Shown here piece by piece: positions 46,893 through 56,647 of a stretch of DNA of 64,000 nucleotides. Location of the stretch: NCBI GenBank assembly GCA_965231005.1, contig OZ246405.1:365877-429876 (forward strand). Direction: 5' to 3'. Each line of letters starts with the position of its first letter. The first letter of the stretch is position 1. The stretch is from an uncultured Gammaproteobacteria bacterium (GTDB lineage: Bacteria > Patescibacteriota > Patescibacteriia > Magasanikbacterales > UBA922). The notes beneath the pieces are model-generated. The model had not been told where the DNA came from, did no database searches, and saw only the letters and a list, made by a program, of their open reading frames with translations. The position numbers and the translations under genes are program-made.

Positions 46893-47405
46893 GTGAAAAA
46901 TAAACAAAACAATACAAGAATTATTGGCATTGATCCAGGATATGGTCGAGTCGGGTATGGAATTATTGAAGGAAATAAAAACGATTGGAAACTTATTGAC
47001 TATGGATGTATTCATACAGATCCAAAAAAAGTTCTTGTTGATCGATTGATTGATATTGAATTTTTTTTAAAGAAAATTATTACAGAATACAAGCCGACAA
47101 TTGGTGCAGTTGAAGAATTATTTTTTTCTAAAAATGTAACAACAGGATTACAAGTTGCTCATGCACGTGGTGTTATTATTACCACACTGAAAAAAGCAGG
47201 GTTAACTCTTTACGAATACACACCACTTCAAATAAAGCGGTCTATTACGGGGAACGGACGTGCAGAAAAATCTCAGGTCCAAACAATGGTACAATTTCTT
47301 CTTCATCTAAAACAAAAACCAATCCAAGATGATGCAGTTGATGCACTTGGTGCAGCACTTACGTGCGCTTCAGGAATGGAATTGCAAAAGAATATCCACA
47401 TATAG
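46893..47405 (+). CDS. ruvC: Holliday junction resolvase RuvC
   Basis: IIGIDPGYGRVGYGI N-terminus. Catalytic acidic residues (GAVEELFF, DAVDALGAAL). GTG start. Confidence 0.85.
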   Translation: MKNKQNNTRIIGIDPGYGRVGYGIIEGNKNDWKLIDYGCIHTDPKKVLVDRLIDIEFFLKKIITEYKPTIGAVEELFFSKNVTTGLQVAHARGVIITTLKKAGLTLYEYTPLQIKRSITGNGRAEKSQVQTMVQFLLHLKQKPIQDDAVDALGAALTCASGMELQKNIHI

Positions 47406-47540
47406 GTGGATATTTTTGTTTTGAATATTTTTTTTTGATATAATGTAAATACAGTATTCATCTTCTTTTTACTGTGAGGAAAAAACTTTACAAATTAGCT
47501 AAACGAGCTATCCTTTTTGAGATAGAATTTTGTGTTTGAT

Positions 47541-47613
47541 AATAATTAAGATTAAGAATTAAGATTAAAAAATCTGGTTAGTCTTATTCCTTAATCCTTA
47601 ATTATTGAAATCT
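47541..47613. repeat. Stop-rich inverted-repeat spacer family D (AATTAAGATTAAGAATTAAGATT / TCTTATTCCTTAATCCTTAATT)
   Basis: Hairpin-capable arms seen in the sequence. Confidence 0.6.
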
Positions 47614-47695
47614 GATGTCTCTCCTGTATCGCTTTATATTTAAAGCAACGGTCGGTATATAGCGGAGAAATCAGATACGACTAATCTATAAACAT

Positions 47696-50600
47696 ATGGA
47701 AAAAATAAAAAAACATTTTCTGACCCTTCACGAAGCAATGCACGCACATTTACCGCTTTATCTCATTCTTAGTTTAATGGTTGTCTTTGCAGCATGGAGT
47801 TTGTGGTTACCAACATGGTTTGAACAAGTAGATGATGCAAGTGCTGCACCAGTTGTGCTTCCATTTTCAAATCCAGTTGAGATTGCTGCTATTCCAACTG
47901 ACTCAAAACATAAAATGGTATATGCAAATGAAATATATTATTTAGCGTTTTCAAGTACGACAAATGATGGATCAGCGCATAATATATACATTGCTACTTC
48001 TACAGATGGTGCAACATGGAGTTCACCTCAAGTAGCATATTCAAACATTAACAATGGAGAACGAAACAATAGCCCAGCATCTTTTGATTTTGCATATAAT
48101 GAGCGAGATGATTATTTTGGGCTTGCTTATATACCAACATCAACCATGGAAGCTCAGTTTGGATATGGAACATCGTCCAATGCATTTGCCTGGAGCGCTA
48201 CAACAACGATTGATTCATCTGATTTAAGCTATAGTGCTTCTAGAAGACCACGTATTGCATATGCAACAAGTGCCCCTCTGACCTTGTTGGCATATGAGCG
48301 AACAGGTGTTACTACATCAACACTTGTACTTGCAAAATCAATTGATCATGGTGGGTCATTTGCTACAAGTGGAATTATTGATGGTTTAGCTCCTGGTGGT
48401 CAAATTTGGCTTGCGGGTGTAGGTGTTAATCAAGTAAGCGGTGGCCCAGGAACTGTTATCCATGTTGGGTATTACACTGGGAATGTGGATGGTGAGCCAC
48501 CAGTAAATGTTGATTTGCATTATGCTTCTTCATCAGATAATGGTGATACTTGGGTGAGCACAAAAATAGACAACACTATGAACGCATTGCAGGTGTTTAA
48601 TGCTGCTCCGAGTGGGGATGCCTCAATGACCATTGATGCAAATGGTGAGCCAGCTTTTTCTTATATGAGATATGATTCCATGTCTGGCTGTCCAGGAAGT
48701 TGTGTTATTTCGGGAAGTGTTATGTTTGCAACTCGAAATGCTGATACGCTCGTGTGGGGGACAAGTACTGCCGATAAATTTACAACAAGTTTTGGTTTTA
48801 GTGGAGTTGCTGACATTGATACATCATTATTGTTCTACTCAGACGACCTACCTGCGTTTGCATACGGATTTTCTGGTGCGAATAATTATCCAATGTTGGC
48901 AGTAAATTCATCTACATTAGCAACTTCCACCATTTCAGAAAGTACATTGAATTCAGGTGCTACACAACTTTCTCTTGCATATGGTACTTCTTCAGAAAAA
49001 ATACTATCTGTCTTTGCGAGTGGAACAGGACTATATGCTTCGGCAAGTACCTTGGATGATCCAGATGTAACTTTGACTGCGCCCGCAGTATCAGCAGCAG
49101 CGATTACTAATGGGGCAACAGGTCTTCCATCTGATGTAAATGCATTTGTACAATTTGACGCAGGACTTAATGGAAGTACAGCAAACACAACAAATGTAAC
49201 ACTGAAAGCAAATACTGGAAATACCCAAGGTGGTGCGCCAGCAGGAGACAATTTATGTGAAACTGTCTCAGTGAATACAATTACAATTTCAAATGATACA
49301 TTATTTTGTGATCATCTAAGTGATGGAGCATCGTTGTTAGCTTCTACATGGTATACACTCACTATTACCACTGGTGTTGAGGGAAGTAATGGTGCAGCAC
49401 TTGCAGCTAATCTCACATATTCATTTCAAACCAGTGCATTCCGAGCTGGATCAGACAGTACACCTCCGTTTGTTGTAAGTAATTGGCCACAAATTGGTGA
49501 AAAAGGTTTTTCGCTAAATGGAAATATTGTCATTGAGTTTCCTCAAGGTGATCCAGGAAATATGACGTTAATTGGCACAGGCTCTGCAACAAGTTCATCA
49601 AATGTGGTCTTGCAAACAGGATCTGGTGGGCAGGGCTCAGGTTCAAATATCTGTGCTTCAGATGGATGTACGTTTGCATTTAATGCAACAACAAGGAAGC
49701 TGACGATTAATCCTGCTGCAAATCTCACAGCAAATACTGAGTACGTTCTTACACTTAGCAGCAGTATTACCAATGCAGCTGGATCACAGTTAAATGGTGG
49801 TTCGAATGACTACATTCTTGTATTTAAGACAGGTTCATCTGCTGACTCGACTGCACCAAGTGTATTGGACATGGAGCCTGTATCAAGTACAGATGCAGTT
49901 GTTGAAAGGTCTCTTGCAGAAATAGCAATTGTGTTTTCAGAAGCTATGGATGCTTCGACCATAGATACATCATCAGTAAGTATATTCCAAGATGATGATA
50001 CAAACGGAAGTTTTTCTGCAGGAAACGATACAACCATTCCGACTGCTTCTACGAGCTTATATTATAGTTCACAGGAAAACACATTACATCTTGGTATGAA
50101 TATGATTCAGCCTCAGAATAAGAGGATATGTGTTTCATTGCTTAATTTGATAACAGATACTGTGGGGAATGCTTTACCAGCAACTAATTTGTGTTATCAC
50201 ACGAAGAATGTCACTTATACTGCAGTTGCTCCAACAGTTCTGCTTGCTGATGCTGACAATTTTTCTATGTGGATCGAATTTGATCAACCTATAGATGCTA
50301 CAACTGCAGTAACAAAAGCAAATTATACAATTGAAAGTCCTGTTGGCCAACAAATTGCTCTTGATAATGCATCGTTCAACTATCGTCCAGAAGCAAGAGC
50401 TGTTGAAGTGACAAATGTTGGTTTAGTTACTGGGAATCAGTTTAAAGTAACTGTAACAAGTGTTACTGAAAGAAGTGGTGATGCAACAATTGTAGACAAC
50501 AGTTCGACAAATGTTGCTCAAGGAATAGTGCAGAATGCAGCTGAAACAGGGGGCTTTATTGGAGGTTTTGAATCTCCAGATTTTAAAGGAAATACGAATT

Positions 50601-53600
50601 TTGCAACATTTTGGGAAAGTCCAGAAATTTGTTCACCAGTCTCAAGAGTGACAGGTGCAACAACAACGATTGAATGTGAATTTGATGCTCCTGCAGCACT
50701 TGCAGCTGGATCACAGTTTATTTTGACAATACCTGCTGGATTTGAAACAAACTATGCAACAATTTTGGCAACAACAACATCTCATGCAAATAAAGACATT
50801 AATGGTTTTGCTCCAGGAACAGTAACACTCACAACAATTGCGACAAATACCATTGCAAACACAATAACATTAACGACTGCTGGGGGCACTCTTGCTTCTA
50901 GTGATCATGTACGATTTGAACTTGGCAATATTGGAAATGCAGCAAGCCCTGGTCAGAAAAAAATAACCATTATTACAAAGGATGATAGTGGATTTAAGCA
51001 AGGAAAAACAATTTCGGCTCAGCCATTTAACCTTAGTGAAGGTGGAAGTTTGAGTATTTCAGGAACAGTATGTAAAGGAACATCGAGTGACGGTGTGTGT
51101 ACTGGATCTGATACTGCAATCGCAAGCGCAAAAGTATTTTGCCACTCACGAGGTGGAGGAGGTTCCGGCTCAATTAATGTTGGTCATTTGGAAACAACAG
51201 CCGACAGTAATGGTGATTGGTCAATATCAGGGCTAACTGATGGATTGTATGGTTGTGGAATTGTGCAAGATGAAACTGTATTTGCAGATGTATCTGGTGG
51301 ACAAGAATTTAAAAAAGTTGTTGTTTCAGGATCAGCAGTTTCAAATGTTGATTTCAAGTTTGCTGATCTATCTTCAACTGGAAAATCACTTGCTGTTACT
51401 ATAACAGGGGGTTCATCACTAAGTGGAGAAAAAGTAGATATATTCTGTCATGCAGGATCATCTGATATGAATTTTTCATCTCCTATATTTAAAGTAGTTA
51501 CCTTAGATGGTGATGGTGGTGGTTCTGCAACAGTAAAATTGCAAGGCGGAAAAACATATGAATGTGGTATGGGACCTCACATTGATTTTGCTGCAATGTC
51601 TAGTGGAGGAGATATGCCTATTCCAACATTTACTTTCATGCCTCCACCAATGCAAACGGTTGTTGTTCCATCAGACAGTGATCCAACAGCTATTACATTC
51701 TCACTGATTGAAGCAAGCAATAGTATCCTTGGTTTTGTTCAAGATGGAAATTCTAGTGGTATTGCAAATGCATTTGTTCATGCAAGACCGCTGGGCTGTT
51801 TTGATGCATCAACTGGTGCTGCTTTAGACTGTTCTGGTGGATTTTCACAAAGTACATCAACAGGAGGATTCTTACTTAATGTTTCTCCTGGAGCGTACGA
51901 AGTAACAGCAGGTGCTCCGGGTATGCCAGAGTCAGAATCAGTACAGATAACTGTTGATACATCTGGTAATGTTACAAAGAATGGCGTGGCAATAACAAAT
52001 CAATCTGACTTAATATTAAATTTGAGAAATACAGGAATAACAATTTCAGGAGAATTGCAAGATGACGAAGGAAATGCGATTAACTATGGATTTGTTCGAG
52101 CAGAAGAAATTGCATCAGGTGGTACATGTGCAAGTCATACCTTTGCTCATGGTCATGCAGAAGGCCCTACAAAAGATGGAACATATACATTATATGTAGC
52201 AAATGGTACATGGATGGTTGAAGGATTTGCTGAATCATATGGAAGAGTTGGATGTATTGTTGTAACTGTTTCTGGAGGAACGTCTGCAACAGGACAAGAT
52301 ATTAAAGCAACTTCTGGAGATTTTGCAACTATTTCTGGAACAGCACCATCTGGAGCATTTATTTCTGCATACTCAAGCAATGGTGGAAACAGAACAGTAG
52401 CTGCAAGTGGTTCATATTCTATGAAAGTCACAGCAGGAACGGGATATACAGTTGATTGTTTCTTACATGGAAGTGGACCATGTGGATTTAGTGCGAGTGT
52501 AGATGCAAGTTCTGATGTAACAGTAAACTTTGATACATCAGTTTCAACAGGTGATGTTGCTGTAACAATGACAGGAATTACAGATGGATTTGTTGACCTA
52601 CGTGATAGTAATGGTCGTGGAGCAGGAACTGGACAAAATAATTCAGGAGTATATACAGTGACGCTCCCAGCAGGGACATATACACTTTATGGTGGTGGTC
52701 CAAAGTATGGAGAGCTATGTGCAGGAGAAAGTGTTGAAGTAACTGCTGGCCAAACAACATCAGTGACATGTACTGCACCGACTGATCTTCGAACAGTATC
52801 TGGAAGAATTACAGATGGCTCAGATAATTTGGCAGGTGCCTCTGTGAAATTCTTTGACTCAACAAATGGTCGTTCATTCTTAACAACATCAGATGCAACA
52901 AGTGGTACAAGTGCAAACTTCTCAGTAAGCAATGTTCCAGATAGTACATATACTATTGTTGCAAAAAGAAGTGGATATGAGGCTGCGTCTGCAACAGCAA
53001 CAGTAAGTGGTGGAAATTTGACCTTGGATGATCCAATTGCACTAACTGCAGCAAGCGGAGCCAATGGGGCAACAGTAACAGTCCCAGTTGAATCTGGTAG
53101 TGCAAGTTATACTGGAACAGCAAAAGTTATTGCAACAAAAGGAACCGTTGTGATCCCAATTGATATTGATAAAACAGCAGGTTCTGCTTCTGTTCCTTTG
53201 ACAAATGGAAGCTGGACAGTGAAGGCTGTTTGTGACAATGGAAAAGAATCCTCTGAAACAACAGTAACAATTTCGTCAGGTGCACTTGTTGGTTCTGCAC
53301 CAACACTTGGTTGTGACACAGCAATTTCTGGATATACAGAATACAATGAATCAAATACAATTTCTCCAAAAGAAGGTGGACTTGTTAGCCTTACAAATAT
53401 TCCAGGATTCCAACTTAACATTCCTGCATCAACACTTAGCACATCAGACTCAAATACTGGAAACATGCAAGTGAAAACAGATCCAACAATTGCAGGTATT
53501 GATCCAGGAAATAATTATAGTGTTGTTGGAAGTACCGGATATGAAATGACTCCAACTGACTCAAGTGGAAATAAAATTAAAGAACTTTCTGGGGATGCCG

Positions 53601-55279
53601 TGGCAGTTACTATTCCATTTACAGATGCAGAGTTAACTGCAGCAGGTGTTGATGAAAGTAAATTATTACTTGCAACACTCGATGCAAATGGAGAACTTGA
53701 AACATTCTCAACAACAGTGGACACAGCATCGAATGAATTGACCGCACAAGTAACTCACTTTTCAAGCTTTGTAGTGGTTGGTGCAGCAGCATCTAGCGAT
53801 AGCAGTGCTGGAACAACAGCAAGTACAGCTGCAGCATCTGGAGGAGCTGGAAAATCAGTTGGAGTAAATCCCCCATCACCAACAGCATCAGCAATTGCAG
53901 CAGAAAAACAATCACAATCACAAAAGACAACAACAAATTTCTATGCTGTAAATGAGCCAAAGGAAATTGAAGTTGGTTCATTCAAACATACTGTTACATT
54001 GCTTGATGTAACAAACAAGCGAGCAAAAGTAAAAATTGAATCAGATCCTATTACCATTGATGTAAAAATTGGTGAAGTCAGAGATCTTGATACAAATGGA
54101 GATGGTATTGATGATCTACGAGTTGGATATATTAGCATGAAGAAAAATGAAGCAGAATTGTCATTTACCAATCTTACAGATGAAGTAGAAGTAAATGCAG
54201 CTGTTTCTATCAATTATGGATCATATGAAACAAAAGAAAGAGAAGTTACTGTTTCATTCAATGTAAATGGCGCACAATATGTTGCTCTTTCCAACAAAGC
54301 AAACTTTGAAGATTCTTCATTTGTCCCATATACGACAACAACAAAATGGACATTGAGCGAAGGTGATGGATTCAAAACAGTGTATGTAAGATTCCGTTCT
54401 CCAGATGGCGGGACATTGAGCGAGCATGATTCCATTGTTCTTGTAGGACAAGGATTTGCACAGTCAGCAGATGCAGGATGTGCTTTACCTACAAAGAGAG
54501 CATACAAACATACAAAATCTAGAGCTGTATGGTATGTGACAGAAAAATGTACAAAGCGACCATTCAAAAATCCACGTCTCTTCTTTACTTACTTTAGTTC
54601 TTGGGATGAAGTCCAAGAAGTTTCAGAAAGTATCTTGACTGGCATTGCAAAAGATAGTCTTGGCTTTATGCCATGGGGTGCAACATATGATCCAGGACAT
54701 GGTGGAGTTGTAAAGATCGTGAGTGATCCAACTGTTTATCTTCTCCTTGGAACTGAGCGATACAGCTTTGCTTCAGAAGCGGCCTTTACAGGATTGAAGT
54801 ATGTATGGACATGGGTTGAAGATGTTGTAAGTGAAGTGGTGAACAAATACGATGACAAAGGTGAGATTAAAGAAGGAGATGCACGTCCATCAGGATCAAT
54901 TATCAAATACAAAGATTCTCCTGACGTGTATAAGATTGAAGATGGAAAGAAACGTTTGATTCCAGACGAAAAGACATTTGAAGAAAATAAATATCGATGG
55001 GATAGAATTATTGAAGTAGATGAAGAAGAAGTTCTAGAAGACGGAGATCCATTGAAAGCACCATTTACCTTTACAAAGACCTTAAAGCTTGGTGACCAAG
55101 ATGCATCTGTAATCGAGCTTCAAAAAAGATTAGGCGATCTCGGTCATTTCGTCGGAACAACATTTACTGATAATTATGGGACAGTCACACGAAATGCTGT
55201 GAAGGCATTCCAAGAGGCGAGTGGATTGATTGCAACAGGATCTGTTGATCAAAAAACATTGGATCTCTTGAATAAATGA
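47696..55279 (+). CDS. Giant cell-surface protein (2527 aa): N-terminal TM anchor, BNR/Asp-box beta-propeller, many Ig-like/beta-sandwich repeats, C-terminal peptidoglycan-binding domain
   Basis: Asp-box motifs (STDGATW, SSDNGDTW). Ser/Thr/Gly/Asn-rich beta repeats. C-terminal PG_binding_1-like block (LKLGDQDASVIELQKRLGDLGHF...VKAFQEASGLIATG). Confidence 0.8.
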   Translation: MEKIKKHFLTLHEAMHAHLPLYLILSLMVVFAAWSLWLPTWFEQVDDASAAPVVLPFSNPVEIAAIPTDSKHKMVYANEIYYLAFSSTTNDGSAHNIYIATSTDGATWSSPQVAYSNINNGERNNSPASFDFAYNERDDYFGLAYIPTSTMEAQFGYGTSSNAFAWSATTTIDSSDLSYSASRRPRIAYATSAPLTLLAYERTGVTTSTLVLAKSIDHGGSFATSGIIDGLAPGGQIWLAGVGVNQVSGGPGTVIHVGYYTGNVDGEPPVNVDLHYASSSDNGDTWVSTKIDNTMNALQVFNAAPSGDASMTIDANGEPAFSYMRYDSMSGCPGSCVISGSVMFATRNADTLVWGTSTADKFTTSFGFSGVADIDTSLLFYSDDLPAFAYGFSGANNYPMLAVNSSTLATSTISESTLNSGATQLSLAYGTSSEKILSVFASGTGLYASASTLDDPDVTLTAPAVSAAAITNGATGLPSDVNAFVQFDAGLNGSTANTTNVTLKANTGNTQGGAPAGDNLCETVSVNTITISNDTLFCDHLSDGASLLASTWYTLTITTGVEGSNGAALAANLTYSFQTSAFRAGSDSTPPFVVSNWPQIGEKGFSLNGNIVIEFPQGDPGNMTLIGTGSATSSSNVVLQTGSGGQGSGSNICASDGCTFAFNATTRKLTINPAANLTANTEYVLTLSSSITNAAGSQLNGGSNDYILVFKTGSSADSTAPSVLDMEPVSSTDAVVERSLAEIAIVFSEAMDASTIDTSSVSIFQDDDTNGSFSAGNDTTIPTASTSLYYSSQENTLHLGMNMIQPQNKRICVSLLNLITDTVGNALPATNLCYHTKNVTYTAVAPTVLLADADNFSMWIEFDQPIDATTAVTKANYTIESPVGQQIALDNASFNYRPEARAVEVTNVGLVTGNQFKVTVTSVTERSGDATIVDNSSTNVAQGIVQNAAETGGFIGGFESPDFKGNTNFATFWESPEICSPVSRVTGATTTIECEFDAPAALAAGSQFILTIPAGFETNYATILATTTSHANKDINGFAPGTVTLTTIATNTIANTITLTTAGGTLASSDHVRFELGNIGNAASPGQKKITIITKDDSGFKQGKTISAQPFNLSEGGSLSISGTVCKGTSSDGVCTGSDTAIASAKVFCHSRGGGGSGSINVGHLETTADSNGDWSISGLTDGLYGCGIVQDETVFADVSGGQEFKKVVVSGSAVSNVDFKFADLSSTGKSLAVTITGGSSLSGEKVDIFCHAGSSDMNFSSPIFKVVTLDGDGGGSATVKLQGGKTYECGMGPHIDFAAMSSGGDMPIPTFTFMPPPMQTVVVPSDSDPTAITFSLIEASNSILGFVQDGNSSGIANAFVHARPLGCFDASTGAALDCSGGFSQSTSTGGFLLNVSPGAYEVTAGAPGMPESESVQITVDTSGNVTKNGVAITNQSDLILNLRNTGITISGELQDDEGNAINYGFVRAEEIASGGTCASHTFAHGHAEGPTKDGTYTLYVANGTWMVEGFAESYGRVGCIVVTVSGGTSATGQDIKATSGDFATISGTAPSGAFISAYSSNGGNRTVAASGSYSMKVTAGTGYTVDCFLHGSGPCGFSASVDASSDVTVNFDTSVSTGDVAVTMTGITDGFVDLRDSNGRGAGTGQNNSGVYTVTLPAGTYTLYGGGPKYGELCAGESVEVTAGQTTSVTCTAPTDLRTVSGRITDGSDNLAGASVKFFDSTNGRSFLTTSDATSGTSANFSVSNVPDSTYTIVAKRSGYEAASATATVSGGNLTLDDPIALTAASGANGATVTVPVESGSASYTGTAKVIATKGTVVIPIDIDKTAGSASVPLTNGSWTVKAVCDNGKESSETTVTISSGALVGSAPTLGCDTAISGYTEYNESNTISPKEGGLVSLTNIPGFQLNIPASTLSTSDSNTGNMQVKTDPTIAGIDPGNNYSVVGSTGYEMTPTDSSGNKIKELSGDAVAVTIPFTDAELTAAGVDESKLLLATLDANGELETFSTTVDTASNELTAQVTHFSSFVVVGAAASSDSSAGTTASTAAASGGAGKSVGVNPPSPTASAIAAEKQSQSQKTTTNFYAVNEPKEIEVGSFKHTVTLLDVTNKRAKVKIESDPITIDVKIGEVRDLDTNGDGIDDLRVGYISMKKNEAELSFTNLTDEVEVNAAVSINYGSYETKEREVTVSFNVNGAQYVALSNKANFEDSSFVPYTTTTKWTLSEGDGFKTVYVRFRSPDGGTLSEHDSIVLVGQGFAQSADAGCALPTKRAYKHTKSRAVWYVTEKCTKRPFKNPRLFFTYFSSWDEVQEVSESILTGIAKDSLGFMPWGATYDPGHGGVVKIVSDPTVYLLLGTERYSFASEAAFTGLKYVWTWVEDVVSEVVNKYDDKGEIKEGDARPSGSIIKYKDSPDVYKIEDGKKRLIPDEKTFEENKYRWDRIIEVDEEEVLEDGDPLKAPFTFTKTLKLGDQDASVIELQKRLGDLGHFVGTTFTDNYGTVTRNAVKAFQEASGLIATGSVDQKTLDLLNK

Positions 55280-55346
55280 ACTAAGTGAGTTTACATTTAA
55301 TTTAAAATAGCACCCTTCAAGAATGAGGGGTGTTGTTTTTGAAAAA

Positions 55347-55472
55347 GGAAATATAGAAATAAGGAAATAAAGAAATTAAGGGGGTAAAGTAAAAAGACCC
55401 TATTTTTTTATAACCTTGGACGTTTATTTAAAGCCCCTTATTTCTTTATTTCTCTATTTCACTATTTCTTTA
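55347..55472. repeat. Inverted-repeat spacer family E (AAATATAGAAATAAGGAAATAAAGAAATTAAGGGG arms)
   Basis: The two arms are reverse-complementary around a spacer of about 55 nt. Confidence 0.6.
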
Positions 55473-55481
55473 GAGAGGGTA

Positions 55482-55510
55482 TTGACAAAAACCAACTATA
55501 CTGGTATACT
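55482..55510 (+). promoter_or_regulatory. Sigma70-like promoter TTGACA-N17-TATACT
   Basis: Near-consensus. About 120-nt leader before rpsO, which could hold an S15 autoregulatory structure. Confidence 0.5.
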
Positions 55511-55630
55511 CCTACCGTTAATTCATCTGGTTGTTTTAGGCTTTGTTTAGAACAATTTCAGATCCGGACCTGTGCGAATTGAGTATACTCAATAACATGC
55601 TCGTGCTGTGCCCGGTAAAAAGATGCATGT

Positions 55631-55978
55631 ATGCTTACAAAAAGAAAAAAGCAGAACATTATTAAAAAATACCAGTCTCATGCAGATGATACTGGATCAA
55701 GTCAGGTGCAAATTGCCATTCTGACATCAGAGATTGAGGAACTTGTGTCTCATCTAAAGGCACACCACAAGGATCATTCTTCCCGTCGTGGTTTGCTCCG
55801 AAAAGTTGGAGAACGTCGTCGATTACTTCGTTTTTTGAAAAAAGAAAACTTAAAAGAGTATGAGAAATTGGTGAAGAGTTTGAACCTTAAACAGGCAAAA
55901 CCTCTTCAAAAACCAACTCCTGTCTCTGCTGAAAATACTCCTGAAGAATCTAAAGAAGATGACAGCACAAAAAGCTAA
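55631..55978 (+). CDS. rpsO: 30S ribosomal protein S15 with a C-terminal extension
   Basis: SQVQIAILTSEIEELVSHLKAHHKDHSSRRGLL matches the S15 core. The extra Lys/Glu/Pro tail is about 25 aa. Confidence 0.85.
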   Translation: MLTKRKKQNIIKKYQSHADDTGSSQVQIAILTSEIEELVSHLKAHHKDHSSRRGLLRKVGERRRLLRFLKKENLKEYEKLVKSLNLKQAKPLQKPTPVSAENTPEESKEDDSTKS

Positions 55979-56522
55979 CAATAAGAATCCGCTGAAACAC
56001 CCCGAGCAACGCGTTGGGGTGTTTATTGATGTTCAGAATTTGTATTACAGTGCAAAAAATCTTTTTGGGAAAAAAGTAAATTTTGGAAATATTGTTAAAG
56101 AAGCCGTTGCAGGAAGAAAATTGATTCGTGCAATTGCCTATGTTGTAAGAACAGAATCAAAAGACGAGCAACCATTTTTTGAAGCCCTATACAATTTAGG
56201 AATTGAAACACGAGAAAAAGATTTACAGATTTTCAACACAGGTTTTAAAAAAGCAGATTGGGATGTAGGTCTTACTGTTGATGCTATTCGCTTGGCGCCA
56301 AGTCTTGATGCGGTTGTTCTTGTTTCCGGAGATGGAGACTACCTTCCTTTGCTTGAGTATCTTCAAAAAAGTACAGGAAAACAAGTCGAGGTTGTGGCAT
56401 TTGGAGAAACATCATCAAGTCGCCTCATTGAAGAAGCAGATGACTTTATTGATTTGAGTCATGAAAAATCAAAATTTTTAATTACTGATAATAAGAGGAA
56501 TAGAAAACAAAGAGCAAATTAA
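55959..56522 (+). CDS. NYN-domain (LabA-like) ribonuclease-fold protein
   Basis: RVGVFIDVQNLYYS ... VVLVSGDGDY acidic motifs of the NYN/PIN-like fold. Overlaps the rpsO stop. Confidence 0.7.
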   Translation: MTAQKANNKNPLKHPEQRVGVFIDVQNLYYSAKNLFGKKVNFGNIVKEAVAGRKLIRAIAYVVRTESKDEQPFFEALYNLGIETREKDLQIFNTGFKKADWDVGLTVDAIRLAPSLDAVVLVSGDGDYLPLLEYLQKSTGKQVEVVAFGETSSSRLIEEADDFIDLSHEKSKFLITDNKRNRKQRAN

Positions 56523-56647
56523 TTTTTCCTTGTTTTTTGTTCCTTATTATTTATTAAATAATGGAAATGGTCGGGAAGAACCTAGGTCCGATTACTGAAA
56601 AGGATCTATCTCATCTTGATCATCTTCCTGAAGAAAGATAGTCTATT

